This document shows, piece by piece, positions 47,437 to 58,128 of a stretch of 64,000 nt of DNA (positions within the stretch are counted from its first letter, which is position 1; each line of letters starts with the position of its first letter). The stretch is taken from positions 192,001 to 256,000 of the forward strand of contig CAVSCK010000005.1 of assembly GCA_963726455.1 (NCBI GenBank). Reading direction: 5' to 3'. Both the position numbers and the translations under genes were made by a program. This DNA comes from an uncultured bacterium (GTDB taxonomy: Bacteria > Zixibacteria > MSB-5A5 > CAIYYT01). The notes under the pieces are model-generated. The model had not been told where the DNA came from. It searched no databases and was given only the letters and a program-made list of their open reading frames with translations.

Positions 47437-50424
47437 TTATGCTGCCAGGCGGGCGAGGCGAGACTTAGCGTCTTTGATCGGAGAAATTTCGATGTCCGGA
47501 TTGCTCCAATAACGTAACATCTCGCGATAGTATTTTACCGCCGCCTGCTTGTCCCCCAATGCTTCGTTGGCAATTCCCATCAGATAATTGTCGAGTGGAT
47601 AGTAGTAGCCGGAAACGGTCTGATCGCTCCCCTCGACGAATCGTGTCAGCACTCCCTTGCCCTTCTCGTACCGGCGGGCGAAGATACAGATTTCGCCGAA
47701 TTCGCGTTGGCCGTCGTCGGACATTACAGCGCTTTTCTGAAGCGCTTCCATTGCGTCCAGAATCTTGCCGGTGTCGGCAGCAGCGTATCCATCGAAGAGG
47801 TCGCGCAGCAGAAGGCCAACCGGCGCCAACTCGGCCGGCACGCGGGCTCGAAAATCGTTCAACGCCCGCTCCAACATGGGCCGAACTTCGTTCGCGTACT
47901 TACGGTCGATAGTAACTATATCCACCGGATAATTGATCTTCTGAAACTGAGTGGCGTACGGCAGCGCCTTCTTGAAGGTGTAGTAGGCGCTGTCTTTGAA
48001 TCCGAAATAGTCCTGGAATCGCGAGAGATATTGATAGCCGAGTACTATCCGTAATGAATCCTTGGTGAGAAGAGCATTTCTCACGGCATCATAGCGATAG
48101 GCCAGACTCTGGCGGAATTTGCCTGACCACATTGCCAGATTTGCTTTCAAGCGATAGTACTGATCCAGTTGATAAGGGTTCGACTCATAGGCCTTTCGGA
48201 AATCCTCGGCGTACGAATCGGCTTTGGCGAAATCGCGCTGCAGAATGGCACAGTTGCTCAAAGACATAAGTGCTTCACCGTCGCCTGGGTACTTCTTCAG
48301 AACGCCATCGTAAGTGGCAATTGCCGAAGGGATATCGCCTTTCAGCAGGTAGAGTTGCGCCAGTTTTCGATACGATGCCGGTGAATCGGGGTGATATTGC
48401 TGCAACTGTTTGCCGTACTCGATCGCCTTGTCATATTGTTTGAGACCCTGATAGTACTGAACGACGAAGCTGAGCGCCAATTGGTACTTCGGATCCTGCT
48501 GTAACACTTCTTCATAAAGCTGTCTGGCGCCGGCAGTGTCCTTGAGAAGATCGGAGCGAAGCAACGCATAGACCGTTTTTGATTCCTCGTCGTCCGGATA
48601 CTCGTCAACTAGCGTCTTCATTTTGGCCATCGCCAGATCGAAATTCTGCTTCTGCCAGATTTCGGCGTATACGTCGAGCAGCCCGCGCTCCTTGTTGGGC
48701 AACCGCGATTCGTAGCGCTGTGCCTCGGTAAAATAAGGAACGGCGTCTTGTATTCGCCCGGCTCCAAAAACATAGGACATGCCGATGCGCATGTAAGCCA
48801 GTGCAAAGGAGCTGTCTATGGCGACCGCCTTCTGGAATTCGATTTCGGCTTCGTCATAGAGCTCGTCGAGGAATTTCTGCATGCCGAGATGATAGTACTT
48901 GTAGGCCTCGGTCGACGCTGTCGTCACCTGTGCCACACTTTGATCGGCGCTCGCCAGGCGACGCATGTTGAGGGCGGTGGCCATCCGCACCGCCAGCGAA
49001 TCCACCAGCGTCATTGGATCCTCGCTGACTACTTTCTCTCCCAAAACGATTTTGCCGCTCGTGACATCCTCAAGGCGGGCGTCGATTCTGATTTTGTTTC
49101 CAAGCTTGAAGATTGTCCCCGAGAGCACGTTTACGGCGCCCAGCTTGCGGGAAGCCCTGACTTGGTCTTCGTAAGTGAATTTTGCCAGGTCGTCTCCCTG
49201 CCCACCAAGTTCCTCCACAATGCGCCTGGGACTGATGAGATTAACCGACTGATCTTGCGCCAGGTCAGTGAGCAGAATCTCAGGCAGTCCAGTCTTGAGC
49301 CAGTCAAGTTCGGCATCGCCTGTCTTATTCTCAAAGCCGAGAATCGCGAGCCCGTTGGGGCCGGCCTGAGCAGCGGGCGTAATGTCTACTTGACCGCGAA
49401 AGAGCAAGAGAAATATCATTCCGATGATCGAGAAGAGGACGACGCCGAGAATGGTTTTCGTCGGCATTCCCCGTTTGTCACGATCGCCGCGCGCCAGCTT
49501 GGCGCGAACGCCGACAGACGAGACGCTGCTGGAAATCCCGCTGTCGTATTGGCGGCGCAGATTTCGGAGATCGACGACGAGATCCCGCGTGTCCTGGTAT
49601 CGGTCGTTGGCATTCTTCTGCAGACACTTGTCAATAATGCGTTCAATTTCGGGATCAATGTTGGCGTTCTTCGTGCGCGGCGCCGGGTGTTGGGCTTCCA
49701 GAATCTTCGCCAGGATCGAAACCTGAGTCGAGCCGGCAAACGGCAATTCGCCGGTGAACATTTTGAAAAGCAAAATACCGAACGAAAAGATATCTGACCG
49801 ATTATCGACCGGCTCTCCCCTCACCTGCTCGGGTGACATATACGACACGGTTCCGACAACGGTTCCAGTGGTGGTCAGTTGTCTCTTGATAGTATCGTCA
49901 GTGGGCGCTGCTCCATCCGTCTGCAACGGCTCGATCGCTTTTGCCAGTCCGAAATCGAGAATCTTGGGCTCGCCATGCTCGTCGACAAGGATGTTCTCTG
50001 CCTTGATGTCGCGGTGGACGATGTTCAGGCGGTGTGCGGCAGCCAGCCCGGAGGCAATCTTCTCTGCCAATCGCAACAGCGCCCCGATGTCGGACAAGGA
50101 CGACTTGCCAACCTCTGACAGGGAACGCCCTTGAATGTATTCCATGACGATATAGCCGATGCTCTTGCCCGTCTGTGGATCGACGGCAGTGCCGATGTCG
50201 TAAATTGCCATGACATTGGCATGCGAAATCTGCGCCGCGGTTTTTGCTTCACGCTCGAAACGGTCGCGCCGCTCCTGATTGTCGAAATAGTCGTCTCGCA
50301 GCGTCTTAAGTGCCACGCGGCGGTTGAGTTTGAGGTCTTCAGCCAGATAGACCTCGCCCATACCCCCCTCACCCAGTTTCTGGATGATTTTGAAATGCGC
50401 GAAGTTCTGATCCGGAGTCAACAT
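47437..50424 (-). CDS. Membrane Ser/Thr protein kinase with TolB-like and TPR extracytoplasmic region
   Basis: LGEGGMGEVY, VALK, HRDIKAEN, DFGLAK, GTVSYMSPEQ; TM segment; TPRs. Confidence 0.93.
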   Translation of the reverse strand: MLTPDQNFAHFKIIQKLGEGGMGEVYLAEDLKLNRRVALKTLRDDYFDNQERRDRFEREAKTAAQISHANVMAIYDIGTAVDPQTGKSIGYIVMEYIQGRSLSEVGKSSLSDIGALLRLAEKIASGLAAAHRLNIVHRDIKAENILVDEHGEPKILDFGLAKAIEPLQTDGAAPTDDTIKRQLTTTGTVVGTVSYMSPEQVRGEPVDNRSDIFSFGILLFKMFTGELPFAGSTQVSILAKILEAQHPAPRTKNANIDPEIERIIDKCLQKNANDRYQDTRDLVVDLRNLRRQYDSGISSSVSSVGVRAKLARGDRDKRGMPTKTILGVVLFSIIGMIFLLLFRGQVDITPAAQAGPNGLAILGFENKTGDAELDWLKTGLPEILLTDLAQDQSVNLISPRRIVEELGGQGDDLAKFTYEDQVRASRKLGAVNVLSGTIFKLGNKIRIDARLEDVTSGKIVLGEKVVSEDPMTLVDSLAVRMATALNMRRLASADQSVAQVTTASTEAYKYYHLGMQKFLDELYDEAEIEFQKAVAIDSSFALAYMRIGMSYVFGAGRIQDAVPYFTEAQRYESRLPNKERGLLDVYAEIWQKQNFDLAMAKMKTLVDEYPDDEESKTVYALLRSDLLKDTAGARQLYEEVLQQDPKYQLALSFVVQYYQGLKQYDKAIEYGKQLQQYHPDSPASYRKLAQLYLLKGDIPSAIATYDGVLKKYPGDGEALMSLSNCAILQRDFAKADSYAEDFRKAYESNPYQLDQYYRLKANLAMWSGKFRQSLAYRYDAVRNALLTKDSLRIVLGYQYLSRFQDYFGFKDSAYYTFKKALPYATQFQKINYPVDIVTIDRKYANEVRPMLERALNDFRARVPAELAPVGLLLRDLFDGYAAADTGKILDAMEALQKSAVMSDDGQREFGEICIFARRYEKGKGVLTRFVEGSDQTVSGYYYPLDNYLMGIANEALGDKQAAVKYYREMLRYWSNPDIEISPIKDAKSRLARLAA

Positions 50425-50628
50425 CAAGGTTCCCTTATCTCTAAACGCCTAGTATTGCCAATGTTGTTGCGGATTTCAACAATTATTGGTGGCATTGAGA
50501 CTGATTTGCCTCCTCAACACCGAGACAATGCGCTTCGGACAGATTCTGCCCAACATCGATCCGGAACCGCTACGTACCTTGAATGTTGTAGTATTACTGC
50601 CGGAGTGTGGTCGGGCAGGGAAATTGAT

Positions 50629-51021
50629 ATGGAGAACAGCGTGGAAAAGATATCAAGCGAAGATCAGGGTACGACAGAGGCCAAACCCGACATGAACGTT
50701 TACTTGACGCCGGCGGCAGTCACCGAGGTTAAACGCCGACTGCAATCCGATCCGGAGGGCAACCGCAAAATGCTGAGACTGCGGGTGCAAGCAGGCGGAT
50801 GTTCGGGTCTGTCGTATGACATGGATTTCGTGTCGGAACGCAGCCAAACGGACCGCGAGTTCGAATTTGACGGCCTGAAAGTGGTTGTGGACGCTCGATC
50901 GCTTCTTTATATCGCGGGCATGACCCTGGACTATTCCGAGCGGCTGGTAAACGGCGGGTTTGTGTTCACTAATCCGCGCGCCAAGCGCTCCTGCGGCTGC
51001 GGAACTTCATTTTCGGTGTAG
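50629..51021 (+). CDS. iscA: IscA/HesB Fe-S carrier
   Basis: GGCSGLSY, NP.AKRSCGCGTSF. Confidence 0.9.
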   Translation: MENSVEKISSEDQGTTEAKPDMNVYLTPAAVTEVKRRLQSDPEGNRKMLRLRVQAGGCSGLSYDMDFVSERSQTDREFEFDGLKVVVDARSLLYIAGMTLDYSERLVNGGFVFTNPRAKRSCGCGTSFSV

Positions 51022-51024
51022 CGG

Positions 51025-51303
51025 ATGGAAGTTCTGGAATTAAAGGATTTCGCCGTCGACGGAGCGTTCTTTGAGGATGAATTTGACGTTCGGTTTCGCT
51101 CATACAACTGGCAGCGTTTCGACGATGAGGCGGTACGAGTATCCAATTGCGGCTTGACCGATGTTCCCGGCTGGGTATATTTGGCGATCGGCATCGAATT
51201 ATCCCGGCGCGCGCGCAAAATCTTTTTTGGTGACGTACACAATCCGCGCAAATTGTTTTCCCGGGAAAAGGACACTTCCAGACGGGTAAATGATGAAACA
51301 TAA
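51025..51303 (+). CDS. Small hypothetical protein (DUF2480-like)
   Basis: Operonic; YNWQRFDDEAVRVSNC...VPGWVYL...KIFFG. Confidence 0.6.
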   Translation: MEVLELKDFAVDGAFFEDEFDVRFRSYNWQRFDDEAVRVSNCGLTDVPGWVYLAIGIELSRRARKIFFGDVHNPRKLFSREKDTSRRVNDET

Positions 51304-51652
51304 AGTCACGTTTCTGCCGCAAAATGTTACTGTCGAAGTAGACAGCGACGAAACGATCCTGGAGGCCGCCACGCGGGGTAACATCGAACTGGAGCATAAT
51401 TGCGGGGGGAATTGCTGTTGCACAACCTGCCATGTCATTGTGCGCGAGGGTGAGGCCCATCTTTCGGCGATGGAAGAAGAAGAGGCGGACCGGCTGGAGG
51501 AGTGCGCCGAACTGACGGCGACTTCACGGCTCGGCTGCCAGGTTAAGATCCACGGCGATGTGATGATCGAGATTCCCGAGCGCAATCCATTTCGCCTCGA
51601 CGGACTTCTGGAACTGGAGAATTTCGGCGAGGAGCTTTTAAATTCGGAATGA
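51290..51652 (+). CDS. fdx: [2Fe-2S] ferredoxin (adrenodoxin/Fdx type)
   Basis: HNCGGNCCCTTCHV...SRLGCQ. Confidence 0.9.
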   Translation: MMKHKVTFLPQNVTVEVDSDETILEAATRGNIELEHNCGGNCCCTTCHVIVREGEAHLSAMEEEEADRLEECAELTATSRLGCQVKIHGDVMIEIPERNPFRLDGLLELENFGEELLNSE

Positions 51653-51685
51653 TCGGGGGACAATGCAACGGGGGCGACTCTTCCC

Positions 51686-52633
51686 ATGTCTGACAGCTAC
51701 GATGTCGTTGTGATCGGTGCGGGGCCGGTCGGCTTGTATGCCGGTTTTTTTGCCGCGCAGAACGGACTTCGCGCGGCCATCGTCGATGCTCAGCCGGAAG
51801 TCGGCGGGCAGCTAACGTCACTCTATCCGCAGAAATTCATATTTGATGTTGCCGGTTATCCTCAGGTGCATGCGACCGAATTAGTGGACGAATTGAAACG
51901 ACAGACGCTGCAGTACAATGTGCCGACCTTTCTGAATTTCAAGGTAGCTGCGTTGACTTCTGATAGCCGCGGTTGTGCAGTTAAAGCCGAAGATGGCCGC
52001 GAAGTGCACGGCAGATTCACCCTGGTGGCGGCCGGTTCGGGAATGATTGTGCCGCGCAAGTTGGAGCTGGCTGACGCAGAGAAGTATCTTGGCCGAGGGC
52101 TCGAATATGTGGTACAGAACATAGAGGACTATCGCGGCAGGAAGGTACTTATCATCGGGGGCGGAGATACGGCGCTCGATTGGGCGAATTATCTCGTTGA
52201 TGTAGCCACACATGTGACTTTGATTCATCGGTCCGAAAGATTTGTCGGTTTCGAGGGCTCCCTGCAACGATTACAGCAGACCTCATGCGATATCTTCACC
52301 AATACGCGACTGATTTCCGTCTCGGGCGCGGACGTCGTACGGGGGGTCGTTATCGCGAACGAAACAGAACATTGGAGCAAAGAACTGGAAATTAATCGGA
52401 TATTGGGCTGTATCGGTTTCACACCAAAGCTCGGATTCATCAAAGCTGCCGGATTCGAGGTGGCGGAAGGTTCGATTCGCGCCGACGCCAGCATGCGCAC
52501 CAATATCGATAACGTTTATGCCGTCGGTGATATCGCCAATCATCCGGGGCGAATCAAGCTGATCTCGACCGGCTTCGGCAACGTGCAGATCGCCGTGCAC
52601 GATATTCTCAGGCGAATCCATCCGACCGACTAA
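51686..52633 (+). CDS. TrxB-fold ferredoxin-NADP+ reductase (YumC-like)
   Basis: GAGPVG, GGQLTSLYPQKFIFDVAG, GGGDTALDWA; no CxxC. Confidence 0.88.
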   Translation: MSDSYDVVVIGAGPVGLYAGFFAAQNGLRAAIVDAQPEVGGQLTSLYPQKFIFDVAGYPQVHATELVDELKRQTLQYNVPTFLNFKVAALTSDSRGCAVKAEDGREVHGRFTLVAAGSGMIVPRKLELADAEKYLGRGLEYVVQNIEDYRGRKVLIIGGGDTALDWANYLVDVATHVTLIHRSERFVGFEGSLQRLQQTSCDIFTNTRLISVSGADVVRGVVIANETEHWSKELEINRILGCIGFTPKLGFIKAAGFEVAEGSIRADASMRTNIDNVYAVGDIANHPGRIKLISTGFGNVQIAVHDILRRIHPTD

Positions 52634-52812
52634 ACAACTTCGCATTCTGCGTTGGATCCACACAGCCCGCAATCACCCGACATCGTCGGCTATTATCTGC
52701 ATTTAATATTTGTCAAACTGGCGCGTCTTCTGTATCATAATGCCATTCGAAAGACGGACGAGCGTATTGTTCAGAAAGCCAGAATATTCCCATTTCATGA
52801 GCGGAGGTCAAA

Positions 52813-53829
52813 ATGCAGCGTAAGCTTCTAGCAGCAGTATTATTGTTGGCATTGGTAGTGGTTATGTTTGCAGGTTGCAGCAAGAACTGTGCGACTTGCC
52901 CGGGTAAACCGGCGGTATTGTATCTCAACAAGCATAAGATCGACTTCGGCGCCAGCGGTTTGACATCATCGTTTACGATCAGCAACAAAGGCGAACAGGC
53001 ACTCAATTGGACGGTAACAGTCAACGGCGGTAATTGGCTGAGTGTTTCCGACGCGTCCGGCTCCAACAATGCGACGATAACCTGTACGGCAGCACGCGCT
53101 TCGGTAACGGCACTCGGCATATCGCATGCGTCGATTGTAGTCAGTGCTCCGGGTGCCGCCAATACTACAACCGACAGTATCGAGGTTTACCTTCTCAACT
53201 CCGGCGCCTGGGTGATCCTCGATTCGGGTACGTTCGACAGTTGCGCGGTGCCAACGGCTGACGATTATTATTGGGTCAAACAGTTCGAGCTTCCTGCGGG
53301 AGCAGATGCCATCATGATTGATTCGATCAGCTTCAACTTCTGCGGTGGCGGCGAGGATATTCAGTTGCTCGCCTATGATTTCACGACGAGCCCGCCCCCC
53401 AACCCCGTGCAGTACCCAGGTAGTCTGCTGTACGTCTCGACACCGCCTTACTTCACGACTGAAGCCGGCTGGAATACTTACGCGGTCAACTGGCATATTG
53501 AAAGCAATCCCTTCTATCTTGGCTTCTTCCAAATGGGAATGAATCAGCCGAGTATTCAGATCGACCTTTCTCCGCTCGATACCGACACCACCGGGTGCTG
53601 GACGGCGCGAGATCAGAATCCCAACCCGGATTCCGTATCATTGGCGTGGTATGAGGAAGGTGTCTCCAAGACGTTCGCCGTCAGGGCACACATCTCCCCG
53701 GTATTCCAGTACCTGGTCAAACAGGCCGCGGGTGCATCGGATATGGAAATTCGGACGGCTCTGGAGGCGAGCTACCGTCTGAAAGGAAGTCAGCTACAGA
53801 GCATCGGGCCGTTGCCGCTGCAACAGTAG
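52813..53829 (+). CDS. BACON-domain lipoprotein
   Basis: Lipobox FAGC; FTISNKG..LNWTV...WLSVSDASG. Confidence 0.75.
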   Translation: MQRKLLAAVLLLALVVVMFAGCSKNCATCPGKPAVLYLNKHKIDFGASGLTSSFTISNKGEQALNWTVTVNGGNWLSVSDASGSNNATITCTAARASVTALGISHASIVVSAPGAANTTTDSIEVYLLNSGAWVILDSGTFDSCAVPTADDYYWVKQFELPAGADAIMIDSISFNFCGGGEDIQLLAYDFTTSPPPNPVQYPGSLLYVSTPPYFTTEAGWNTYAVNWHIESNPFYLGFFQMGMNQPSIQIDLSPLDTDTTGCWTARDQNPNPDSVSLAWYEEGVSKTFAVRAHISPVFQYLVKQAAGASDMEIRTALEASYRLKGSQLQSIGPLPLQQ

Positions 53830-53888
53830 TTTGATCTTACACCTGTGACGGTGTTCCGATTGAGAAGATTGTCGCAGAAATAGAATAA

Positions 53889-54078
53889 GCGCCGTCAGGA
53901 AGTGGTTCCTGGCGGCGCCTTTTTGCAGCATTCACGATGTTGCGCCGGTACCTGATTTCGCGCTGCTCTTTCGCAAGCCATTGATACAACTGATCCCCCA
54001 GCGCGAAATTGTGAACCGGCGCCATCTCAAGAGTGAGTGTAAGGAACTCTTGGGACAACCTCGAGGTTCCTGACGGCG
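53889..54078. repeat. REP/MITE-like element
   Basis: Hairpin GCGCCGTCAGGAA-gtgg-TTCCTGGCGGCGC plus an inverted copy TTCCTGACGGCG at 54067. Confidence 0.4.
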
Positions 54079-54178
54079 TCTGGTTGCTGCACCGGTTGAA
54101 TCTTCCATACTCAAGTCGGGACCTATTGCGGTAACGATTTCACTTGCCAGTCGTGACCAAGAGGGCTAAGCTTAGGCC

Positions 54179-55534
54179 GTGCGGATTCTCTGGCGCTATG
54201 TGCTCAAGGAACATCTCGGACCGTTCCTCTTTGCCTTCTTCGTTGTAATTTTTGTCCTGATCCTCGACTTCATCCCCCAGATGCTCGATATGATCATCGG
54301 CAAGAACATCGCCACGTGGACGGTGGTAAAACTCGTCGTCTTCAACCTCGCCTGGATGCTGGCCTTGGCGGTACCGATGGCGGTGCTGGTCGGGACGCTG
54401 ATGGCGTTCGGACGACTGACCGGCGATCGCGAGATTCTGGCAATCAAGAGTCTGGGAATCGACATGGTGTCGCTGATGCTGCCGGTGATAATTGCGGCCA
54501 CTATGTTGGGCGCCGGATTGATCTGGTTCAACAACAATGTGCTGCCGGACGCCAACCACGCCGCCGCCAATTTGCGTTCGGACATCGGGCGATTGCGGCC
54601 AACCTTTCAATTGCGGCCGGGAGTATTTGTTAATGACATTCCGGGCTATGTCATTCTGGTAGATCAAGTGAATTACACGCGCTCAACAATCAAGGGCGTG
54701 GTGATTTATGACCGCACGAATCCAATGGTGAACCGAACGATCACCGCGGACAGCGGCGTAGTCGAGTATTCGCCGCAGGGGGAATCGGTCACGTTCAATT
54801 TGATGGACGGTCAAGTGCACGAACAGGACCTGGGAAAGAAGGACACCTACCGTCTGTCCGAATTCCATTCGCAAACCTTCAAAGTGATGGGACTGGACAC
54901 CCAGCTCAAGGAGACCAAGCAGGACTACCGTGGTGATCGGGAGATGTCGGCCACTGACTTACTTGACAGAGTGCACGGTTTCAAGCGTGAACTGGCGGAT
55001 TACGAAGGAGCGGTCATTCATGACACCGATTCATTGTTCGCCAATGTTCTGAGTGCGCCGACGAAAATAACGGAGAGGCAGGGACGTACCCCGGAGCAGT
55101 TTGAACGGGCGGCGGTGGGACAAGTGTATACTGAAAACATGCAGTTAAGCCGCCTGATGAAAACACGTAAATCGCAATTCTACACCAGCGTCAAGTCGAT
55201 CAATAAATACGACGTTGAAATTCACAAGAAGTACTCGTTGCCGGCGGCCTGCCTGGCGTTCATTCTGATCGGCGCGCCTCTGGGAGTGGCGAGCCGGCGC
55301 GGCAGTATGGCTATGTCGGTCGGAATTTCAATCGGCTTGTTCACGATCTATTGGGCATTTCTGATCGGCGGCGAACAGCTTGCCGACCGGTTGATTATTG
55401 CACCCTGGGTGGCGATGTGGGGCGCAAATATCCTGATGGTCATTGTCGGGCTGGTTCTGCTCTATTGGGTCAAGAGCGAACAGAGTTTTGCGGCGACGAT
55501 GCGTTCGATCTTCTGGCGGAGTAAGAGCGCGTGA
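54179..55534 (+). CDS. lptF: LPS export permease LptF
   Basis: RILWRYVLKE, LAVPMAVL, EILAIKSLG, EIHKKYSLP, WGANIL. Confidence 0.85.
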   Translation: MRILWRYVLKEHLGPFLFAFFVVIFVLILDFIPQMLDMIIGKNIATWTVVKLVVFNLAWMLALAVPMAVLVGTLMAFGRLTGDREILAIKSLGIDMVSLMLPVIIAATMLGAGLIWFNNNVLPDANHAAANLRSDIGRLRPTFQLRPGVFVNDIPGYVILVDQVNYTRSTIKGVVIYDRTNPMVNRTITADSGVVEYSPQGESVTFNLMDGQVHEQDLGKKDTYRLSEFHSQTFKVMGLDTQLKETKQDYRGDREMSATDLLDRVHGFKRELADYEGAVIHDTDSLFANVLSAPTKITERQGRTPEQFERAAVGQVYTENMQLSRLMKTRKSQFYTSVKSINKYDVEIHKKYSLPAACLAFILIGAPLGVASRRGSMAMSVGISIGLFTIYWAFLIGGEQLADRLIIAPWVAMWGANILMVIVGLVLLYWVKSEQSFAATMRSIFWRSKSA

Positions 55535-56628
55535 ATATTCTTGACCGCTATCTTCTGAAGAGATTCTTCATCACGTTCATCGTGTCGATTTTCTGCTTTA
55601 TCCTGATTTTCGATCTGGTCAACCTGGTCGAGCGGCTCGGTGACTTCTTGGAAGTTGGCGCGTCGTTTACCGACGTGTTCATGTACTATTTCTATTTCAC
55701 GCCGTTCATCGTGGTGCTCACCTGCCCGATTGCAACGCTGTTGGCCTCGATATTTTCCATCGGTTTGCTGGCGCGCGGCAACGAGCTCCTGGCGATGAAG
55801 GCGGCCGGTGTGTCGTTGTATCACATCGTGGCGACGCTGGTATTCGCTGGCATTCTGATAACCGGCGGCCTGTGGGTATTCGGCGAGATGATCCTGCCGG
55901 AGTCGAATAACCGCAAGAACGTCATCGAAACGCAGGAACTGCAGAAGCGTCCTTCCGAAAATGCAGCAGTCTATCATAACCAGATGTTTCAGGGATTGCA
56001 CGGACGCATATTCCAGTTCTCGAACTATATCACGCGATCGGCAACGGGCGAGGATGTTATTATTCAGAGCTTCAACGGTAACAAACTTAGACAGGTTGTA
56101 ACGGCCAAGCGTTTCGTCTGGAAGGATACGGTTTGGGAAGGAAGCGATGTGACGGTCAGGGACTTCGGCGATTTTGAAGCCGATCCGGAGCCGATCAAAA
56201 CGGAAACGCATGCCACGCTGTCCTTTCCTGATTTCCGAGAACGGCCGAGCTACTTCGAGGACTGGTTCAGCAGGCAGGATCCGTTGTCGATGGACTACTT
56301 CAAGTTGAAAAAGTTCATATCCGTCAGTCGGGCGCTCGGGAAGGACGTTTCTTCGCAAATGGTAGATTTGTATAACAAGGTCGCGTTCCCGTTTATCAAC
56401 ATCATCATCATAATCATCGGCGTGTCGCTGGCCTCCAATCCGAGGCGCAGCGGTCTGGGTATCAGTTTCGGTGTCTCGATGGCGATATCATTCGTGTTCT
56501 ACACGTGCGTGAAAATAGCGATTGAGTTTGGCCATGAAGGCACAATTTCTCCGATCCTGGCGGCCTGGGGCACCAACGGAGTCTTCATGCTGATTGGCCT
56601 GATACTCCTGATCAAGACACCGAAATAA
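55531..56628 (+). CDS. lptG: LPS export permease LptG
   Basis: NILDRYLL, NELLAMKAAGVS, KVAFPF, LAAWGTN; overlaps the lptF stop. Confidence 0.85.
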   Translation: MNILDRYLLKRFFITFIVSIFCFILIFDLVNLVERLGDFLEVGASFTDVFMYYFYFTPFIVVLTCPIATLLASIFSIGLLARGNELLAMKAAGVSLYHIVATLVFAGILITGGLWVFGEMILPESNNRKNVIETQELQKRPSENAAVYHNQMFQGLHGRIFQFSNYITRSATGEDVIIQSFNGNKLRQVVTAKRFVWKDTVWEGSDVTVRDFGDFEADPEPIKTETHATLSFPDFRERPSYFEDWFSRQDPLSMDYFKLKKFISVSRALGKDVSSQMVDLYNKVAFPFINIIIIIIGVSLASNPRRSGLGISFGVSMAISFVFYTCVKIAIEFGHEGTISPILAAWGTNGVFMLIGLILLIKTPK

Positions 56629-56699
56629 TACAGCTCTGTCACTTCCCAATCGATTCCCTGCTCGCGTCACTCCTCCTAATGACACATTCCTGCCTGTAC

Positions 56700-58001
56700 C
56701 TATCTAACAATGTGCGTGCGAAACGGCGTCGCGCTGTTGCTATCGAAAGTAAACACCGCCGCGCCTGTGAAAGTGCTCTCTCCAGTATCAGCGTGTGCTT
56801 GCGACAGCCATCCGCCGGTGTTGTAGACAGTCACGGGTTGGCCGGCTCCCAATTGAAGTCTCGGAGCGTTGTTGTCACCCCATGATGTCGGCTGATGCGT
56901 GTGGCCCAGGATTATGTATTGCGGCGTCGGGATGTTGAGCGCCAGTTGCTGATTAATTTTGACAATCTCCCGCAAGCTCGCCTGATAGAATCGCGCCAGT
57001 CGTTCGAGAGTTCCCTTGTCGCCCAGAAATTCGGCATTGTACCGCGAAACCGGCAACTCACGCAATTTCCGCAGCAGCCAGTGTTTGCCATACGCCGAGG
57101 CGGCATCACGGATCGCTTCCTCGGGATCGATAATCGAGCGTGCCGGAGTCAGTCGGTCGATCGTGTTGTCCAGGTTGTCGAGATAGCGTTCAACTCGTCC
57201 CAGACGGCCATGCTGAACCTCCTGAACCAGAGTCTGGATTGCTTTTGACAGCAGTCCCGACTGTCCGACACCGGAACAGGCAAGCTGTCCGAGTGGGAAG
57301 TTTAGTGCCACCAGATCGGCAAGATCGAGCGCGTCGCGGTCCGGCAAATCCCCGCCGGCGATCTGGGGCGCCCACTCGCTTGCGAGTGACCAGTACGAAT
57401 CAAGATAATGGCCATGAGTCAGAAGCACGCTGAACTCGTCGGTCACCAGATATGCGTTGGGATATGCCAACACGAACGGCGTGTCGAAGCCGCTGCCATC
57501 CTCGTTTCGGGTGAGCTTGTCGATAAACATGCCACCGTAACCGGTCGGTAGCGAGGGATCGCGATTGATGCCGAGCAAATGCAGAAACTCTCCTGACCGC
57601 TCTTTGCGCGCGTTGATAATGGCTGGAACGGAGAAGCGAAAAGGTCGCGGCGGACGTCCGTTGTTGATGCGGCGGACGATATTGACATCATATTCATAGA
57701 AGTGCCAGATATCGAAATCATGGTTGCCGGGTATATACAGAATCTGCCGCGCGATCTTGTCCTGCTGAATCTGTCGGAAGAACGCTTTGCCGACAGCCAA
57801 TGCCTCAGCATAGGACGCCATCGAAAAATCGAAAATGTCGCCGAGCAGAATCAGAAGATCGTTGTCCTGGCCGGCCGCCTCACGAAAGGCGTCGTAACAA
57901 GGACCGAGAGTCGACTGCTTATCGGCCTTAGTCACAGCAAGGGCGGCCAGTTGACTCAGAGGGTCGCCGAAATGGGTGTCGGAAATTATGGCAAGTCGCA
58001 T
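56700..58001 (-). CDS. Metallophosphoesterase
   Basis: ISDTHFG, LGDIFD, PGNHD, THGH, GHTH, NTGGW. Confidence 0.88.
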   Translation of the reverse strand: MRLAIISDTHFGDPLSQLAALAVTKADKQSTLGPCYDAFREAAGQDNDLLILLGDIFDFSMASYAEALAVGKAFFRQIQQDKIARQILYIPGNHDFDIWHFYEYDVNIVRRINNGRPPRPFRFSVPAIINARKERSGEFLHLLGINRDPSLPTGYGGMFIDKLTRNEDGSGFDTPFVLAYPNAYLVTDEFSVLLTHGHYLDSYWSLASEWAPQIAGGDLPDRDALDLADLVALNFPLGQLACSGVGQSGLLSKAIQTLVQEVQHGRLGRVERYLDNLDNTIDRLTPARSIIDPEEAIRDAASAYGKHWLLRKLRELPVSRYNAEFLGDKGTLERLARFYQASLREIVKINQQLALNIPTPQYIILGHTHQPTSWGDNNAPRLQLGAGQPVTVYNTGGWLSQAHADTGESTFTGAAVFTFDSNSATPFRTHIVR

Positions 58002-58128
58002 TTGGAGTGAATCCTCCCTTCTCTACTTATACCAGCCATCGAAACGTATACTCAGATGGCTTCGTTTAAAATCGGGGGTATAACGAGATTCGGCTTGTAG
58101 CAATTGATATACCATCTATATTTGCCGC

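Noticed and set aside
48748-49797. Long antisense ORFs (e.g. 48748..49797, 55462..56358, 30332..31024)
   Set aside because: Opposite-strand shadows of well-supported GC-rich genes.
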